Shown here in pieces: positions 10,122 through 20,669 of a stretch of 64,000 nucleotides of DNA (position 1 is its first letter; every line of letters begins with the position of its first letter). The DNA is taken from contig CAVVYZ010000015.1 of NCBI GenBank assembly GCA_963752595.1, positions 32,001 through 96,000 of the forward strand, in the 5' to 3' direction. A program made the position numbers and the translations under genes. Below the pieces are notes generated by a model, which saw nothing but the letters and a program-made list of their open reading frames with translations, was not told the origin of the DNA and did no database searches. Origin of the DNA: an uncultured delta proteobacterium (GTDB taxonomy: Bacteria > Desulfobacterota > Desulfomonilia > UBA1062).

Positions 10122-10134
10122 TCTTGGGTTGCTG

Positions 10135-11406
10135 CTATTGCCTCAGGATCTTATCACTCCACGTCTTACGTTTAAAAAGATCTCTGAACAGGGAGACGAA
10201 CAGCAGGACAATGGGGCCGAGATCGTTCACATCAAAAATGTCATAGGCCGTGTTTCTGAACTTGAAAAAGCTCGGCTTGAGTTTGAACCTCTGCGGATTG
10301 AAGAGGAAATGGAGAAGATCGCCGGGAAAGAGCCAGCGGCAGAGAACGTGCTCGGGGTAGCCGCTGTCTTCGCTGATCTTCTGATTGCATGCAAGCATAT
10401 ACAGAAGGTACGGGAAGTCAATGCCGGCAGCTATCGGCAAAGCGATCGAACCCCAGAATTTTGGGTTGATCTCTATGAGCACGCATTCTTTTGTCCTCGG
10501 GTCCTCTTTGAATTCCAGCATTACCACGCCATGCCAATGCATGGATTCCAGCATCTTTTTTGCGAGGGAAACAAGTTCCGGTTTGTAGACACTTTCTCTT
10601 AAGGTGCTCGGACCTCCGTTGATGGGGAACTCCCGGATCCTGCGGTGAACGAACGTCCTCAGGACAGTGCCGTGGTAGCACAAACCTTCGACGCCGTAGG
10701 TATTGCCTCCCGGAGGAATGTATTCCTGGACCAGCGGGAAAGGATACTTGGCGTGAATCCTTTCATACTCACCCTGGAGATGTCTCCTGTCGGATACATA
10801 GCATAATCCGCGGGAACCCGAGCTCTTTCTCGCCTTGATGACGACCGGCGTGGGCATCAACTTGAGGGTATTGAGCGCCTCCTCCTCGGTATTGAAGACA
10901 AAAGTGCGGGGAACCGGTATATCGAGCTTGTCGGCATATTCCATGGTTTTTGCTTTATTTCGGGCGATCATGAATGTGTCGTGGTCGACTACCGGGACGG
11001 TCATGTGCTTTTGAAGCTCGCTTAAGTGCATGGTAACAGGCTCCATTGTTCGTTCATCGATGGGAAAAAGGATATCGAAGCGTTTCTTCTTTCCGGAATC
11101 GATCAGCCATTGAATAAAGTGGTCTTCGTTTTCCGGGGACGGGTAGACGGCTCTCTGTGAAGCATACCGCGAGAAAGAACCGATGGACAGCGGACGATCG
11201 TCTCCGGCGATCACATGAATCCCTTTTCTGCCCAAGGATCGAATGATCGGAACAGACTTCCTTTGGGCGGCATCCGTAACAAGTACTTTCTTTTCAAAAC
11301 GTAAGTCCTCGTTTCCCGGATAAGGAGCGGGGACTTGAACGATTTCCTCGCTCAGTTCTTCCGCACCGTACTCCCGGACGAGAGCCGTATTGGGATAGTG
11401 AAGCAT
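10135..11406 (-). CDS. ATP-grasp ligase
   Basis: IIRSLGRKG, PVVIKAR..SGSRG, LVQEYIP, RIREFPINGGPS, LEFK, IEINPKFWGS. Confidence 0.88.
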   Translation of the reverse strand: MLHYPNTALVREYGAEELSEEIVQVPAPYPGNEDLRFEKKVLVTDAAQRKSVPIIRSLGRKGIHVIAGDDRPLSIGSFSRYASQRAVYPSPENEDHFIQWLIDSGKKKRFDILFPIDERTMEPVTMHLSELQKHMTVPVVDHDTFMIARNKAKTMEYADKLDIPVPRTFVFNTEEEALNTLKLMPTPVVIKARKSSGSRGLCYVSDRRHLQGEYERIHAKYPFPLVQEYIPPGGNTYGVEGLCYHGTVLRTFVHRRIREFPINGGPSTLRESVYKPELVSLAKKMLESMHWHGVVMLEFKEDPRTKECVLIEINPKFWGSIALPIAAGIDFPYLLYMLACNQKISEDSGYPEHVLCRWLFPGDLLHFLFNPQRFKLKPSFFKFRNTAYDIFDVNDLGPIVLLFVSLFRDLFKRKTWSDKILRQ

Positions 11407-11457
11407 GGTAACCTCCTAAGAATGTCCCGGCCGTGAGTGCGGCAGAGACTAAAAAAA

Positions 11458-12135
11458 TCAAGTGGCGGGGCTCATCCACCGGCAGCAGGAACGTATCGCT
11501 TTTCTCACTTTATGGTTCATGAGCAGCCGCAGGTAAGGCGACGATTTTTTTACATAGGACCGGGCACGGGCGAGAGATTGCAAAAAATCTTTTCCCGAGG
11601 TGAAGTCCTCCATCTCAATCAGGACATTCCCAAGCTCGTACGGCGAGTGTGCGTCACTTCCGGCCGATTTCACCACATACCCGCTGTTGATCCAATCGCT
11701 CAGCCATTTCCGGGCGCTGCTTTCTGTCCTGGTTCGAGCGTTGAAGACCTCTACGATATCGATCTCGCTGCACAGGTCTCTGATCCCGGCGACGTTCAGG
11801 GAAGAATCCCGGCCGGTGCTTAAAGGGTGGGGGAGGTATACAAGGCCTCCTTGCTCCTTTATCTGACCGATTGTCTTTTCCAGACCTTGCACGGGGGCAA
11901 TCCAGTGCTTGAGAAAAATGCCGATGATTTCGCCATCACCGGTATCGACTTCTTCGCCCACAATGATGCGGAAAGGTGCAGTCCGTTTCAGTTCAAAGGC
12001 CCCTTCGATGCGATTGTGGTCGGTAACGGCAAGACAGGTAATGCCTACTTTATTGCAACGGTCGATAATCCATTCTGTGCGGTTGCACGAATCGTGAGAG
12101 TATATGGTATGGCAGTGGAGGTCGGCGGTTATCAT
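11458..12135 (-). CDS. PHP-domain metal-dependent phosphoesterase
   Basis: DLHCHT, VTDHN, GEEV, PHP, GSDAH; ATG 12135 overlaps upstream stop (ATGA). Confidence 0.88.
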   Translation of the reverse strand: MITADLHCHTIYSHDSCNRTEWIIDRCNKVGITCLAVTDHNRIEGAFELKRTAPFRIIVGEEVDTGDGEIIGIFLKHWIAPVQGLEKTIGQIKEQGGLVYLPHPLSTGRDSSLNVAGIRDLCSEIDIVEVFNARTRTESSARKWLSDWINSGYVVKSAGSDAHSPYELGNVLIEMEDFTSGKDFLQSLARARSYVKKSSPYLRLLMNHKVRKAIRSCCRWMSPAT

Positions 12136-13292
12136 GATCCTTTTTTTGCAAGAGACCGTTCTACTACAGTGGCGAATGTATCGGCAATCCGGGGCCATGT
12201 ATAGGAAGCCTGCAGTGCTTCAAAACCTTTCTCTGCGCGACGGCAGGCCTCCTCCGGCTGATTCAGTATTTTTTGTATAGTGGAAACGATCTCGCGGGAG
12301 CTGTCGGCCCAGTATACAAAGCCGTTGCCGATCCTCTGCACTTCCCGGATCCTTGAGGATATGACGGGCTTTTTGAAGGCCATGTACTCGAAGAGCTTGA
12401 TCGGGCAAGCACCATGGGTAAGAGGGCTGGGTTTGAACGGGTTGAGGCAGATATCAAATGAATCGATGCGCCTGAGGATCTCCGGGTGTGACAGCCCTCC
12501 GGTCAAGACCAGGTTGTCAAGCTTCAGACGGTCCTTCTCGTTCTTGATACGCTCAAATTCTCTGCCGCCTCCTGCAATAACAAAGGTGCAATTTTTCAGG
12601 ACATGCGCTGCCTCGATAATCTGCTGGAAATCGATGAAATATTCCAGAGACCCGATAAAACCTATCACCGGGCCTTTCAAATCTTTCTTCAGCTCTCGGC
12701 CTGATCCGGGGCGGACGGAATCTATGTCTACGCCATTGGGCAAGTAGGTGCTCCCCGGAAAATATTTTTTCGCGAGATGATGGGATACCGAGAATACGCA
12801 GTCACAGTTATGAAGCATCTTCATCAACAGCGCCCCGGCAAACTTCATGATGAGTCTGTTGGAGAATTTCCCGAGTTCATGGGCCAGGAGGTCGAGGTGA
12901 TCGTCCCCCAGGTCGTAGATCGTCACGACATCGCGGCGTCTGCTCAACGGCATGAGGGCCATATTGTAAAACAGAACGGCGTCGATGTTATATGCATCGA
13001 TCAGCACACCTGCATCGGCATTCATTTTGAGGCAATATGCACCTTTTTTCATTATTTTGTTGAATGGCATGCGAGCATTCCAGAATCGCGGGCTGATGTC
13101 GGCCTCGAGAAGACGGACTTTTGTATCGGCAGGTCCGTCTACTTCGACGAATCCGGAATCCGTTGAGTTCATCATGGGCGGCTGTACCAGATAGACGATA
13201 TGCCCTCCACGCGAAAGATGATCGAATATCTGATAGTATCTTGACCGGTTCAGCGAATTCCATCTTGCCAGGTAGGGAACCAGGATATTCAT
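12132..13292 (-). CDS. GT4-like glycosyltransferase (TuaH-like)
   Basis: YDLGDDH, LPNGVD, GFIGSL, PIKLFEYMAFKKPV. Confidence 0.85.
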   Translation of the reverse strand: MNILVPYLARWNSLNRSRYYQIFDHLSRGGHIVYLVQPPMMNSTDSGFVEVDGPADTKVRLLEADISPRFWNARMPFNKIMKKGAYCLKMNADAGVLIDAYNIDAVLFYNMALMPLSRRRDVVTIYDLGDDHLDLLAHELGKFSNRLIMKFAGALLMKMLHNCDCVFSVSHHLAKKYFPGSTYLPNGVDIDSVRPGSGRELKKDLKGPVIGFIGSLEYFIDFQQIIEAAHVLKNCTFVIAGGGREFERIKNEKDRLKLDNLVLTGGLSHPEILRRIDSFDICLNPFKPSPLTHGACPIKLFEYMAFKKPVISSRIREVQRIGNGFVYWADSSREIVSTIQKILNQPEEACRRAEKGFEALQASYTWPRIADTFATVVERSLAKKGS

Positions 13293-14481
13293 GCAGTCTC
13301 CGTCTCTTGAATGTGATTCATGCCGTTTTTATTCAACTGATCGAAGATTCCAGTGCACCGGGCCTTCCAGTTGTGATCTTTTTCAACCCTTAAGCGTGCC
13401 GTGCGCCCCATAGCCTGTCTCCGCTCGGGCTCCTTCACCAGGCTCAAGATCGCACATGTCAGTTCATAAAGCTTTCCGGGCGCAAAGAGGAGGCCGTCTC
13501 GGCCGTGGTCAACCGCATCTCGCAATGGTCCGAAATCCGGAGCAACCACCGGTTTGCCCAGTGCCATGTACTCGAATACTTTCATCGGTGAGCCGTAATC
13601 GTTGGAATGCGGCATGACCGCGATGTCCATAGCGGCAATGTATTCGGGGAGCGCAGCATGGGGGATGAACCCGGGAAATACAAGATGAAGGTTTTTGGGG
13701 AGAGGGGCGGCTTTTTCCATAAGGGCGCTTTTGCTTCCCCCGTCGCCGATGAGTATGAGTCCGATATGTATACTCTCGGTATCCGCAGCGGCGATGCAGG
13801 AATCGATCAGAAGATCCACCCTATGCCATGGTGCAAAACTGCCCACATAACCTATCACGACATCGGGCGATTTATGGAACAGCCCCTGTTTCAGTTTCTC
13901 GGGCGAACCCCCGTTCACATGGAAATGCGATGGATCGACCGCATTCGGCGAGATGAGGATTTTGCGATCGTCATAGCCCCGGTTTACCAATTCACCGGCA
14001 AGCTTGGAGGAAACCGGCAGGAGCAGTGATGCTTTCCGGAAGACCAGGTGCTCAAAGAGTCTCGTGAGGGGAAGGAACACCTTTGATCTTGATCGAACCC
14101 CCAAGTCGTTGTGTACGGTGTAATTGACTTCCACGAGGAACGGCACCTTCCAGATCCCGGCAGCACAGGCACCTGCAATGCCGAGGAAGGCATACCTCTC
14201 ATAGAGAACATCGCAGCCGAAATTTAATTTTGTATTCATGAGCTGCATGAATGCCGCGGGGTTGTGCGACAATTCGAGACATTCGAAAAAGAACTGGGGT
14301 GCATTCCCGGCAATAGACTTGACTGCTCCTTTTTCCCCTCATTCGTCGACACGCCGACGCCGGGAGGCGAAACGATCTTCGTCCTGTACCCGCACTCCCT
14401 CATCCCGCAGGCAATCCCCTGAAGATGGACCGCTTCGACCCCTTTCCCCTGTGTCCTGTGATGGATGATTACCCTGTTCAA
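13289..14481 (-). CDS. GT4 glycosyltransferase, frameshifted near 14320
   Basis: N-terminus (HHRTQGKGVEAVH) in ORF 14236..14562, rest (LYERY, PNAVD, GSFAPWH, SPMKVFEYMALGKP) in ORF 13289..14272; AAGGAG SD before TTG 14481. Confidence 0.75.
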
Positions 14482-14500
14482 TGGTTTCAACTCCTTAGAA

Positions 14501-14638
14501 TCAATAAAAGGCAAGGCTCCGCAGTATCGGGTGAATCCCTTCTTTTGAAAAGTCGAGGACATTGGGTATATCGTTGCGGAAAAGGTGGGTTCTTTCGCTC
14601 CGGCGTGCCTTAGACAGGCATAGGCACACGCCTTTCAC
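14501..14638 (-). CDS. Putative 45-aa small protein
   Basis: TAAGGAGGT SD, then GTG: MKGVCLCLSKARRSERTHLFRNDIPNVLDFSKEGIHPILRSLAFY*. Confidence 0.3.
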   Translation of the reverse strand: MKGVCLCLSKARRSERTHLFRNDIPNVLDFSKEGIHPILRSLAFY

Positions 14639-15085
14639 GAAAATCAACCTCCTTAAGTCTGCATGAGCATCTCATGAACAAAGATGGATGGGCTCCCGTT
14701 TAAGAGTGTGAGGCCTCCTCATTCGCGGTAAGGGAAATTCACAGAACAACAAAGAATGTTTTTTCCGCACAAGTGAAGAAACAAAGTCGGTCCTCCTCGT
14801 TATAATATTATCAAATAGAGGGTAATGGTTTCATCGATACATGTGGTAAGGCCCTAACAATACAGCATCAAAAACTATGCTCAATAGTTGTGCATTTATT
14901 CCCGGTGCTTCATTTAAACCATGGTGAGAATATTCTCGGTTAACAGCTGTCGATACCCAAGGCAATATTCATATAAAAAAACACAATACCCTTGAATGAT
15001 ATAGTAGAAATGACCTGCAGAAAAACAAGATTTACATGCCTATTCGATTACTCCAGAATTATCGGGCACGGCTATTTCTCATACG

Positions 15086-16567
15086 CTAAGGGACATCTCT
15101 CTTCATCTCCCATGCCGTGATCATACGGGACAGGATTTTCGTAATAAACCCTATCTCCTCCGGTTTATAGAACCCGACCGCATAGAGAAGCAGAGGATAG
15201 ATAAACAGGACAGGAAGTTTCATCGCTGCCGATAAGTAGGGGCTTTCATGATAAGGCAGGGAAGACAGGATCGCGAGCACGGTAAAGACTGCAGCAACCT
15301 TGAAACAGCGCAACCATTCGTACTGAACGGGATAAACGAGCTGTGAGCAGTATAAACTGAGAAAGGCCACAAGCATGCGGGTAGCACAGACCGATATGGC
15401 AGCGCCCATGATGCCGTACGGAGGAATGAGCAGCCACAGGGTAACGATATTGAAAAGAGCCGCCCCTGCGAACACGAAGGTGAGGACACGGGTGTTTTTC
15501 TTGAGATATACGCCGATCTGAAACATGTAATACATGCCTCCCCAGAAAACCGAAACCAGGAGTATAGGGATCACTTCATAGGCATTCCAATAGCTCTTAT
15601 TTGCCATGACCTGGATAATTTCCCGGGAAAAAGCCGTAGCAGCCAAGGATGCCCAGAGGAAGAAGAAACAGAAGTAGGTCATTACCCGGGCATAGATCGA
15701 CTTTGCATTCTCTTTATGCATGATGGAAAACCGGAACGGGCCGTAGCCCTTGGTAAAGGGATGAAAGATGAGAAAGTTCGTTGCGTTCGCAAACCGCATG
15801 CCCAGTGCATACAGACCAACAGCGGTCAGAGAGGTATAGGTCTTCAAGAGAAACCGGTCTGCCAGCCCCATGACGGTTCCGCATATGCTCACGAATATCA
15901 AAGGCAGCGTGTATCTGATCAGCCGGAAAAACAAAGGAACATCGATGTCGAGACTGCACCTTCTGCAGGTGAAAATTCCGAAAAAGAGAAAAGGAACAAC
16001 GGTTCCGATGAGGTTTCCCACAAGGACCCCGAATACTGACCATTTCCACACGGCAACGAAGAGAATACAGAAAGAGAGCTTTATCACAAGCTCGACTAAG
16101 GTAACGATAATAAAGAGATACGCACGCTCCAGGGCTCTGATGTAGGCATAGAGAATCTCATTCGACAGGCTGATGAGCAGCCAGGCGAAGAGCACGGCGA
16201 AATGTTTCGCATAGAGCGCTGTGGAAAATATCCATTGGGAGAACTGCCTGGAGAACAGGGCGCACATGCTCAGCACGATTGCGCAGAAGGAGAAATACAG
16301 GATGAAAGAGCTGCTGATAACCCTGTTCCTCTCGGCTTCGGAATCATACTCGAAATAAAACCGCAGCGTAGCGTGGGAAAACTGGGTGCCCAGAAAAATG
16401 GAGATCATGGCCGTGGTCATGTAGAAGAGCTCCAGCGTTCCGAACTCTGCAGGAGAGAGATAGTTGGTATACAGAGGCAGCAGGAGGAATGCGCCCAGCC
16501 GGGTCATCATGCTGCCCGCGCCGTAGATCACGGTCTGCCTGCCCAGGCTTTCGATTTCTTTTTTCAT
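15086..16567 (-). CDS. Wzx-type oligosaccharide flippase (MOP superfamily)
   Basis: LLLPLYTNYLSPAEFG, ADRFLL, VGLYALG, LIPPYGIMGAA; about 14 TM segments. Confidence 0.9.
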   Translation of the reverse strand: MKKEIESLGRQTVIYGAGSMMTRLGAFLLLPLYTNYLSPAEFGTLELFYMTTAMISIFLGTQFSHATLRFYFEYDSEAERNRVISSSFILYFSFCAIVLSMCALFSRQFSQWIFSTALYAKHFAVLFAWLLISLSNEILYAYIRALERAYLFIIVTLVELVIKLSFCILFVAVWKWSVFGVLVGNLIGTVVPFLFFGIFTCRRCSLDIDVPLFFRLIRYTLPLIFVSICGTVMGLADRFLLKTYTSLTAVGLYALGMRFANATNFLIFHPFTKGYGPFRFSIMHKENAKSIYARVMTYFCFFFLWASLAATAFSREIIQVMANKSYWNAYEVIPILLVSVFWGGMYYMFQIGVYLKKNTRVLTFVFAGAALFNIVTLWLLIPPYGIMGAAISVCATRMLVAFLSLYCSQLVYPVQYEWLRCFKVAAVFTVLAILSSLPYHESPYLSAAMKLPVLFIYPLLLYAVGFYKPEEIGFITKILSRMITAWEMKRDVP

Positions 16568-16621
16568 AAAGGGGGTCTTTTAAATTTCCAGCATCAAATT
16601 TAATAATAAAGACTTTCTGAT

Positions 16622-17641
16622 TCAGGCAAGGATTTCGGGGAAAAGAAGCTTCGATTTAAACCGGTCAAACGATACGTACCGCTCGATTCTCAAACGTTTC
16701 AGCAGATACCGTTCTTTTTCAATGTTTTTTACCGGCCCGGGAAAATTGGAGATCCCCCAATGATATCCCGTCTGCCGGGCCAGATTGATGACCCAGGGAT
16801 TCATAGCAGACGTATATGATGCGATCGGGTAAGAAATCGCAGAGACCGGCCCTGATATCTTTTCTTCGATGATCTGCCTGGACAGCTTCAGCTCACTCGA
16901 TATCTCTTCACTAGTCCCGTTTCCGAGGATCATATGGCTCTGCGTATGTGATCCGATCTCCATTCCGTATTGGTCCATCTCCAGGACCTGACCCCAGGAA
17001 AGCGCTTTTACGAACGGGATGTCTTCTTCGGGAATTTCCGGCAATGACTGTTCGATCTGCTGCAGCAGGCTCAATCTGATGCCGTTGGGCACCCGGGTGA
17101 TGATCCGGTACAGGTCTTCGCTGGGAAATGGGCCTGTTTCCCTCCAGCCGTTTTCCAGGACGCCCGAATACCGCTCCAGTCCCAGGCGGTCGGTCTCGAT
17201 CAATCCTTTTTTCCGGTAATAAGCCAGTCTTTCGAACCAGAAGGCCGTGCTATTATCGATATAATCGGTAGACAGAAAGAAAACGGCCTTCAGACGGTAT
17301 TTCTTCAATATCGGGAAGGCATTTTCATAATTGTCCGCATACCCGTCGTCGAACGTGATGATCAGGGAACGATCAGGCAGCTGTGCGCCGTTTTTTTCAC
17401 ACTTTTCGATATCTTTAAAGGTCATTACCCGGTAATGAGCGCTTACATATTCCATCTGCTTCTCGAAATCCCTGACCGAAGCGCTGATGAGTTCGTTGTC
17501 AAAAGGATAGAGCTGCTCATCGATATCAAGCACACGGTGATAAGCGAGTATGCGTAAAACATGTTTATCCGATATCCTTAATGATGCCGGATAGAGAACA
17601 GGATGACATACCAGTGACGACAGCAGGGCTCGTTTATTCAT
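16622..17641 (-). CDS. Polysaccharide deacetylase (NodB/CE4)
   Basis: LAYHRV, ITFDDGYADN, GSHTQSH, ISYP; ATG 17641 overlaps upstream TAA. Confidence 0.88.
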   Translation of the reverse strand: MNKRALLSSLVCHPVLYPASLRISDKHVLRILAYHRVLDIDEQLYPFDNELISASVRDFEKQMEYVSAHYRVMTFKDIEKCEKNGAQLPDRSLIITFDDGYADNYENAFPILKKYRLKAVFFLSTDYIDNSTAFWFERLAYYRKKGLIETDRLGLERYSGVLENGWRETGPFPSEDLYRIITRVPNGIRLSLLQQIEQSLPEIPEEDIPFVKALSWGQVLEMDQYGMEIGSHTQSHMILGNGTSEEISSELKLSRQIIEEKISGPVSAISYPIASYTSAMNPWVINLARQTGYHWGISNFPGPVKNIEKERYLLKRLRIERYVSFDRFKSKLLFPEILA

Positions 17642-19437
17642 TACAGCTTTTTCATCCTCTCCGTTATGATATCTAATGGGATTCTTATGTTTTTCCGGTA
17701 TGTCCGGCCGTCGTAAGAGGGAAGGGCCGTGCGGATTGTCTTCGTGACGTAGTGCAGCCAGAACAGGAAGCCTGAAAGCGTGTCCCATTCTCCGGCCAAG
17801 CTTAAACACTCCGAGTAATCCTCATACCAGGACTGCAGTATGGGCTCACGGCTGCTGCCGGAGAGCAGCTGATGAATAAAATCCGTCATGCCGCGGTCAT
17901 GAGCGCGTATCTGGTGATGAAATGAATATCCGTAGAGATACAGCAGGTCAAGACAGGGAAAGCCGGGGAAAGAAGACAGGTCCCAATCGATGATTCCTTC
18001 AAGCCCGTCTGAATTGAACAGCAGATTTTCAATCTTGAAGTCACCATGAACCAGAGGCAGCCTGACACGTGTATTCAGCAGGATGTCCTGCAATGCATGT
18101 TCAAGATCCTGCAATTTCTTTATATCTGTCTTATCCCATGCGTTATCCTTGAGCAAGGCGAGGCTGTCCCCCACGAGAGTCTGATACCTGTGCTCATCGA
18201 TGAAGGTATCCTTGCTTGCATCGAGAGAGAAAGAAAGCAAAACCGGACGAACCATTCTATAAACTTCCGAATAATTTATTCGATTCAATTGAAGCTTGTT
18301 GCCGTGGATAAACGTCTCGATGAAGTATTCCTGGCCCTGGTATGAACCGTGATCGACAGGCTTAGGGGCAATAGTCGAGAGGCTGCCGCATGACCGCAAG
18401 TTTGCCAGTGCCGAGTAATTGTTTCTTACCCGCTCGTGATTTACCATACCTCTCCCCAAAGGCATCCTGCAGATAAAGGAAGTGTCGCAGCTGTTCTGCA
18501 GCTCCATAAGGATGGTATCGGGTTTGCCGGAAATATATTTTTGAACCGACAGGCGGTAACCCGTAACCTTTTCAAGGTGAGACAAGAAACCATCCATCCA
18601 GCTTGATGGTTTTTCCCCCTTTGATAAAACCAGCACTTGCGAAGGATAGGAGAACGGCAATTTCTTTGCCGTCTTCTGTAAGCTTCCATACCAGGTTTTC
18701 AGGCCTCTGGTCGACCGGATGATGCTCAGGCAGGAAGCGCTGAAATCCTTCATCTCGATCTCGACGATATTTTCCGGCGAATGCCTGCAAAGGTATCTGA
18801 TGCCGTTCATCAAGCCATGAGGTGCGCCCATCTCCTGCAGGGCTGATGCATTTATGCCTGTCTGCCGGAGGAGCCTCGATGTCTTCACGGGCGGATCGGC
18901 TCGAAACAGTCTGGGAAATATGAAGATATTCGTCCAGTTTTTACTGCTGAATTCTCCGACAATATCGAGCACCCCGGAAACGTGTTTCCTTACCGCTGCT
19001 TCCCCCAGTGTTGAAAGCATATCCTGCGTGATGACAACGAGGCTGATGCCGATGCTGCACCCGAGCCTTCTCATTTCCCCGGCATCGATCCTGTCCAGCA
19101 CATGGATATTGGAGACACCTGCCTCGGATACCCGCATCCGTATCGCATCGGCGCTGCGGTCATACCATGGACAGGTTATGATCCGTTTATAACTTTTTGA
19201 CAGATCCAGTGGGACAGCACCCAATGACGTATCAGCGACAAACACATCTGTGTCAAAGTCTCCGGGCAGCAGCAGTTTCCATACACATTGTTTCGAACTG
19301 AACAGCGACATATCCACATCAGGCCGTCTGCTGCCTTTCTCAGCCGGTTGCATCCGATAGTATTTCCTGTGTCCCTCCCGCCATCCATGGCGGATAATGA
19401 ACGGATGAATTGTTTCAATAAAACTCAGAGTGCTCAC
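17641..19437 (-). CDS. Degenerate methyltransferase-like N-domain fused to APH/choline-kinase-like phosphotransferase
   Basis: C-terminal HGDFKIENL and IIDWD kinase motifs; N-terminal VFVADTSLGAV...R....GVSNI resembles a decayed class I SAM-MTase motif I region. Confidence 0.65.
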   Translation of the reverse strand: MSTLSFIETIHPFIIRHGWREGHRKYYRMQPAEKGSRRPDVDMSLFSSKQCVWKLLLPGDFDTDVFVADTSLGAVPLDLSKSYKRIITCPWYDRSADAIRMRVSEAGVSNIHVLDRIDAGEMRRLGCSIGISLVVITQDMLSTLGEAAVRKHVSGVLDIVGEFSSKNWTNIFIFPRLFRADPPVKTSRLLRQTGINASALQEMGAPHGLMNGIRYLCRHSPENIVEIEMKDFSASCLSIIRSTRGLKTWYGSLQKTAKKLPFSYPSQVLVLSKGEKPSSWMDGFLSHLEKVTGYRLSVQKYISGKPDTILMELQNSCDTSFICRMPLGRGMVNHERVRNNYSALANLRSCGSLSTIAPKPVDHGSYQGQEYFIETFIHGNKLQLNRINYSEVYRMVRPVLLSFSLDASKDTFIDEHRYQTLVGDSLALLKDNAWDKTDIKKLQDLEHALQDILLNTRVRLPLVHGDFKIENLLFNSDGLEGIIDWDLSSFPGFPCLDLLYLYGYSFHHQIRAHDRGMTDFIHQLLSGSSREPILQSWYEDYSECLSLAGEWDTLSGFLFWLHYVTKTIRTALPSYDGRTYRKNIRIPLDIITERMKKL

Positions 19438-20669
19438 GGAAGGCGAAGGCCTTTTTTGAGTCTGCCTGCGATTTTATGCCGCAGATAGAAAATGCCTGGT
19501 CCAAGGTCGAGGAGGCTGAAAGGCTCAATGCTCGGGACGCTCATCATCACGGAAAAGAAACTGCTCACAGAATAATCCTTGACCGCGATCTTTCTCTTCA
19601 GGTGGGTTAAGTCGCGTTCAAAATTCATCCAGTATTTCTTCTTGCAAGACGAGAGCATCCGTCCCCGGTGATTCCCGTCGGATGAAAAATCGCATAAGGC
19701 ACGGTACGCAACATTGACCCTCATCCGGGTGGCGAGCATGATCTGGGACCAGCAGCGGGGATTGAGCTCGATAACCTTATAACTCCCGTCTCGTTGGTCT
19801 TTTCTGAACTCTATCTCGAAGATCCCATGATACTTCAATTCCTTAAGGATCTTTTTCCCGATCTCATACAGGGCAGGTATGTCGGCGCTGGAGACAAAGG
19901 TGCCGGCACCGAAATCTTTCTGCCGCAGCTTATTGGTCATCACATACCCCTCGATTTCACCACCCGGCCCGCAGTATCCTGCCAGAGAAAACTGGTCTTC
20001 GTTATTGCCGGGTACGATCTCCTGAATCACATACTCCATGTCTCTCTCCGAGAGTTCCCTGGCACGGCTGAAGAGTTCCTCCTGATCGGAGGCAACATAG
20101 AGTTTTTTATCTGCCATCTGCTCGAGCTTGAAGGTCAGCGCAGGCTTGATGATGCAGGGGAAGGGTATCAGCTCTATCCGCTGAAAAGGGGCACCCCGGA
20201 AACGGTGGGAAGAAAAAACCGTCCTGGGGCAGGGGAAGTTGTGGTTCATCAGCCATTCGTAGAAGGCCGCCTTGTTCAGGGTAAGCTTCAACACCTCCAG
20301 GGACGGTCCCACAACAGATAAGATCTTCTTCAATTCATCATGATGATCTATGATATATTCCAGGATATAATCCGATGTCGGAAAGACGAGCGGCCGTTTC
20401 CCGGAATAATGCCTTGCCAGGGAGCTGATCATTTCCAGGGCCTTTCCCGTTTCTTCCGGTGCAGCACTTATATCCGGCACGACGATCCTCCGGCAGTACC
20501 TGGAGAAATCCCGACAGCTCACCGGGCTGTCATCCACGACGATACTCCTGATGCCCTGCTCTCCGAGGCTCTGAATCAGACCCAGGCCGGCGCTCCCGAG
20601 GACGATGGGAATCGCGGCCTGCCCGGCCGAGAGTTTCTTGATCGTTTCTTCGAGATTGTCCGGGTTCAT
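19434..20669 (-). CDS. ATP-grasp carboxylate-amine ligase (D-aspartate-ligase-like)
   Basis: GLGLIQSLG, FPCIIKP, VIQEIVPG, KLRQ, EIEFRKD.RDG, IELNPR. Confidence 0.85.
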   Translation of the reverse strand: MNPDNLEETIKKLSAGQAAIPIVLGSAGLGLIQSLGEQGIRSIVVDDSPVSCRDFSRYCRRIVVPDISAAPEETGKALEMISSLARHYSGKRPLVFPTSDYILEYIIDHHDELKKILSVVGPSLEVLKLTLNKAAFYEWLMNHNFPCPRTVFSSHRFRGAPFQRIELIPFPCIIKPALTFKLEQMADKKLYVASDQEELFSRARELSERDMEYVIQEIVPGNNEDQFSLAGYCGPGGEIEGYVMTNKLRQKDFGAGTFVSSADIPALYEIGKKILKELKYHGIFEIEFRKDQRDGSYKVIELNPRCWSQIMLATRMRVNVAYRALCDFSSDGNHRGRMLSSCKKKYWMNFERDLTHLKRKIAVKDYSVSSFFSVMMSVPSIEPFSLLDLGPGIFYLRHKIAGRLKKGLRLP

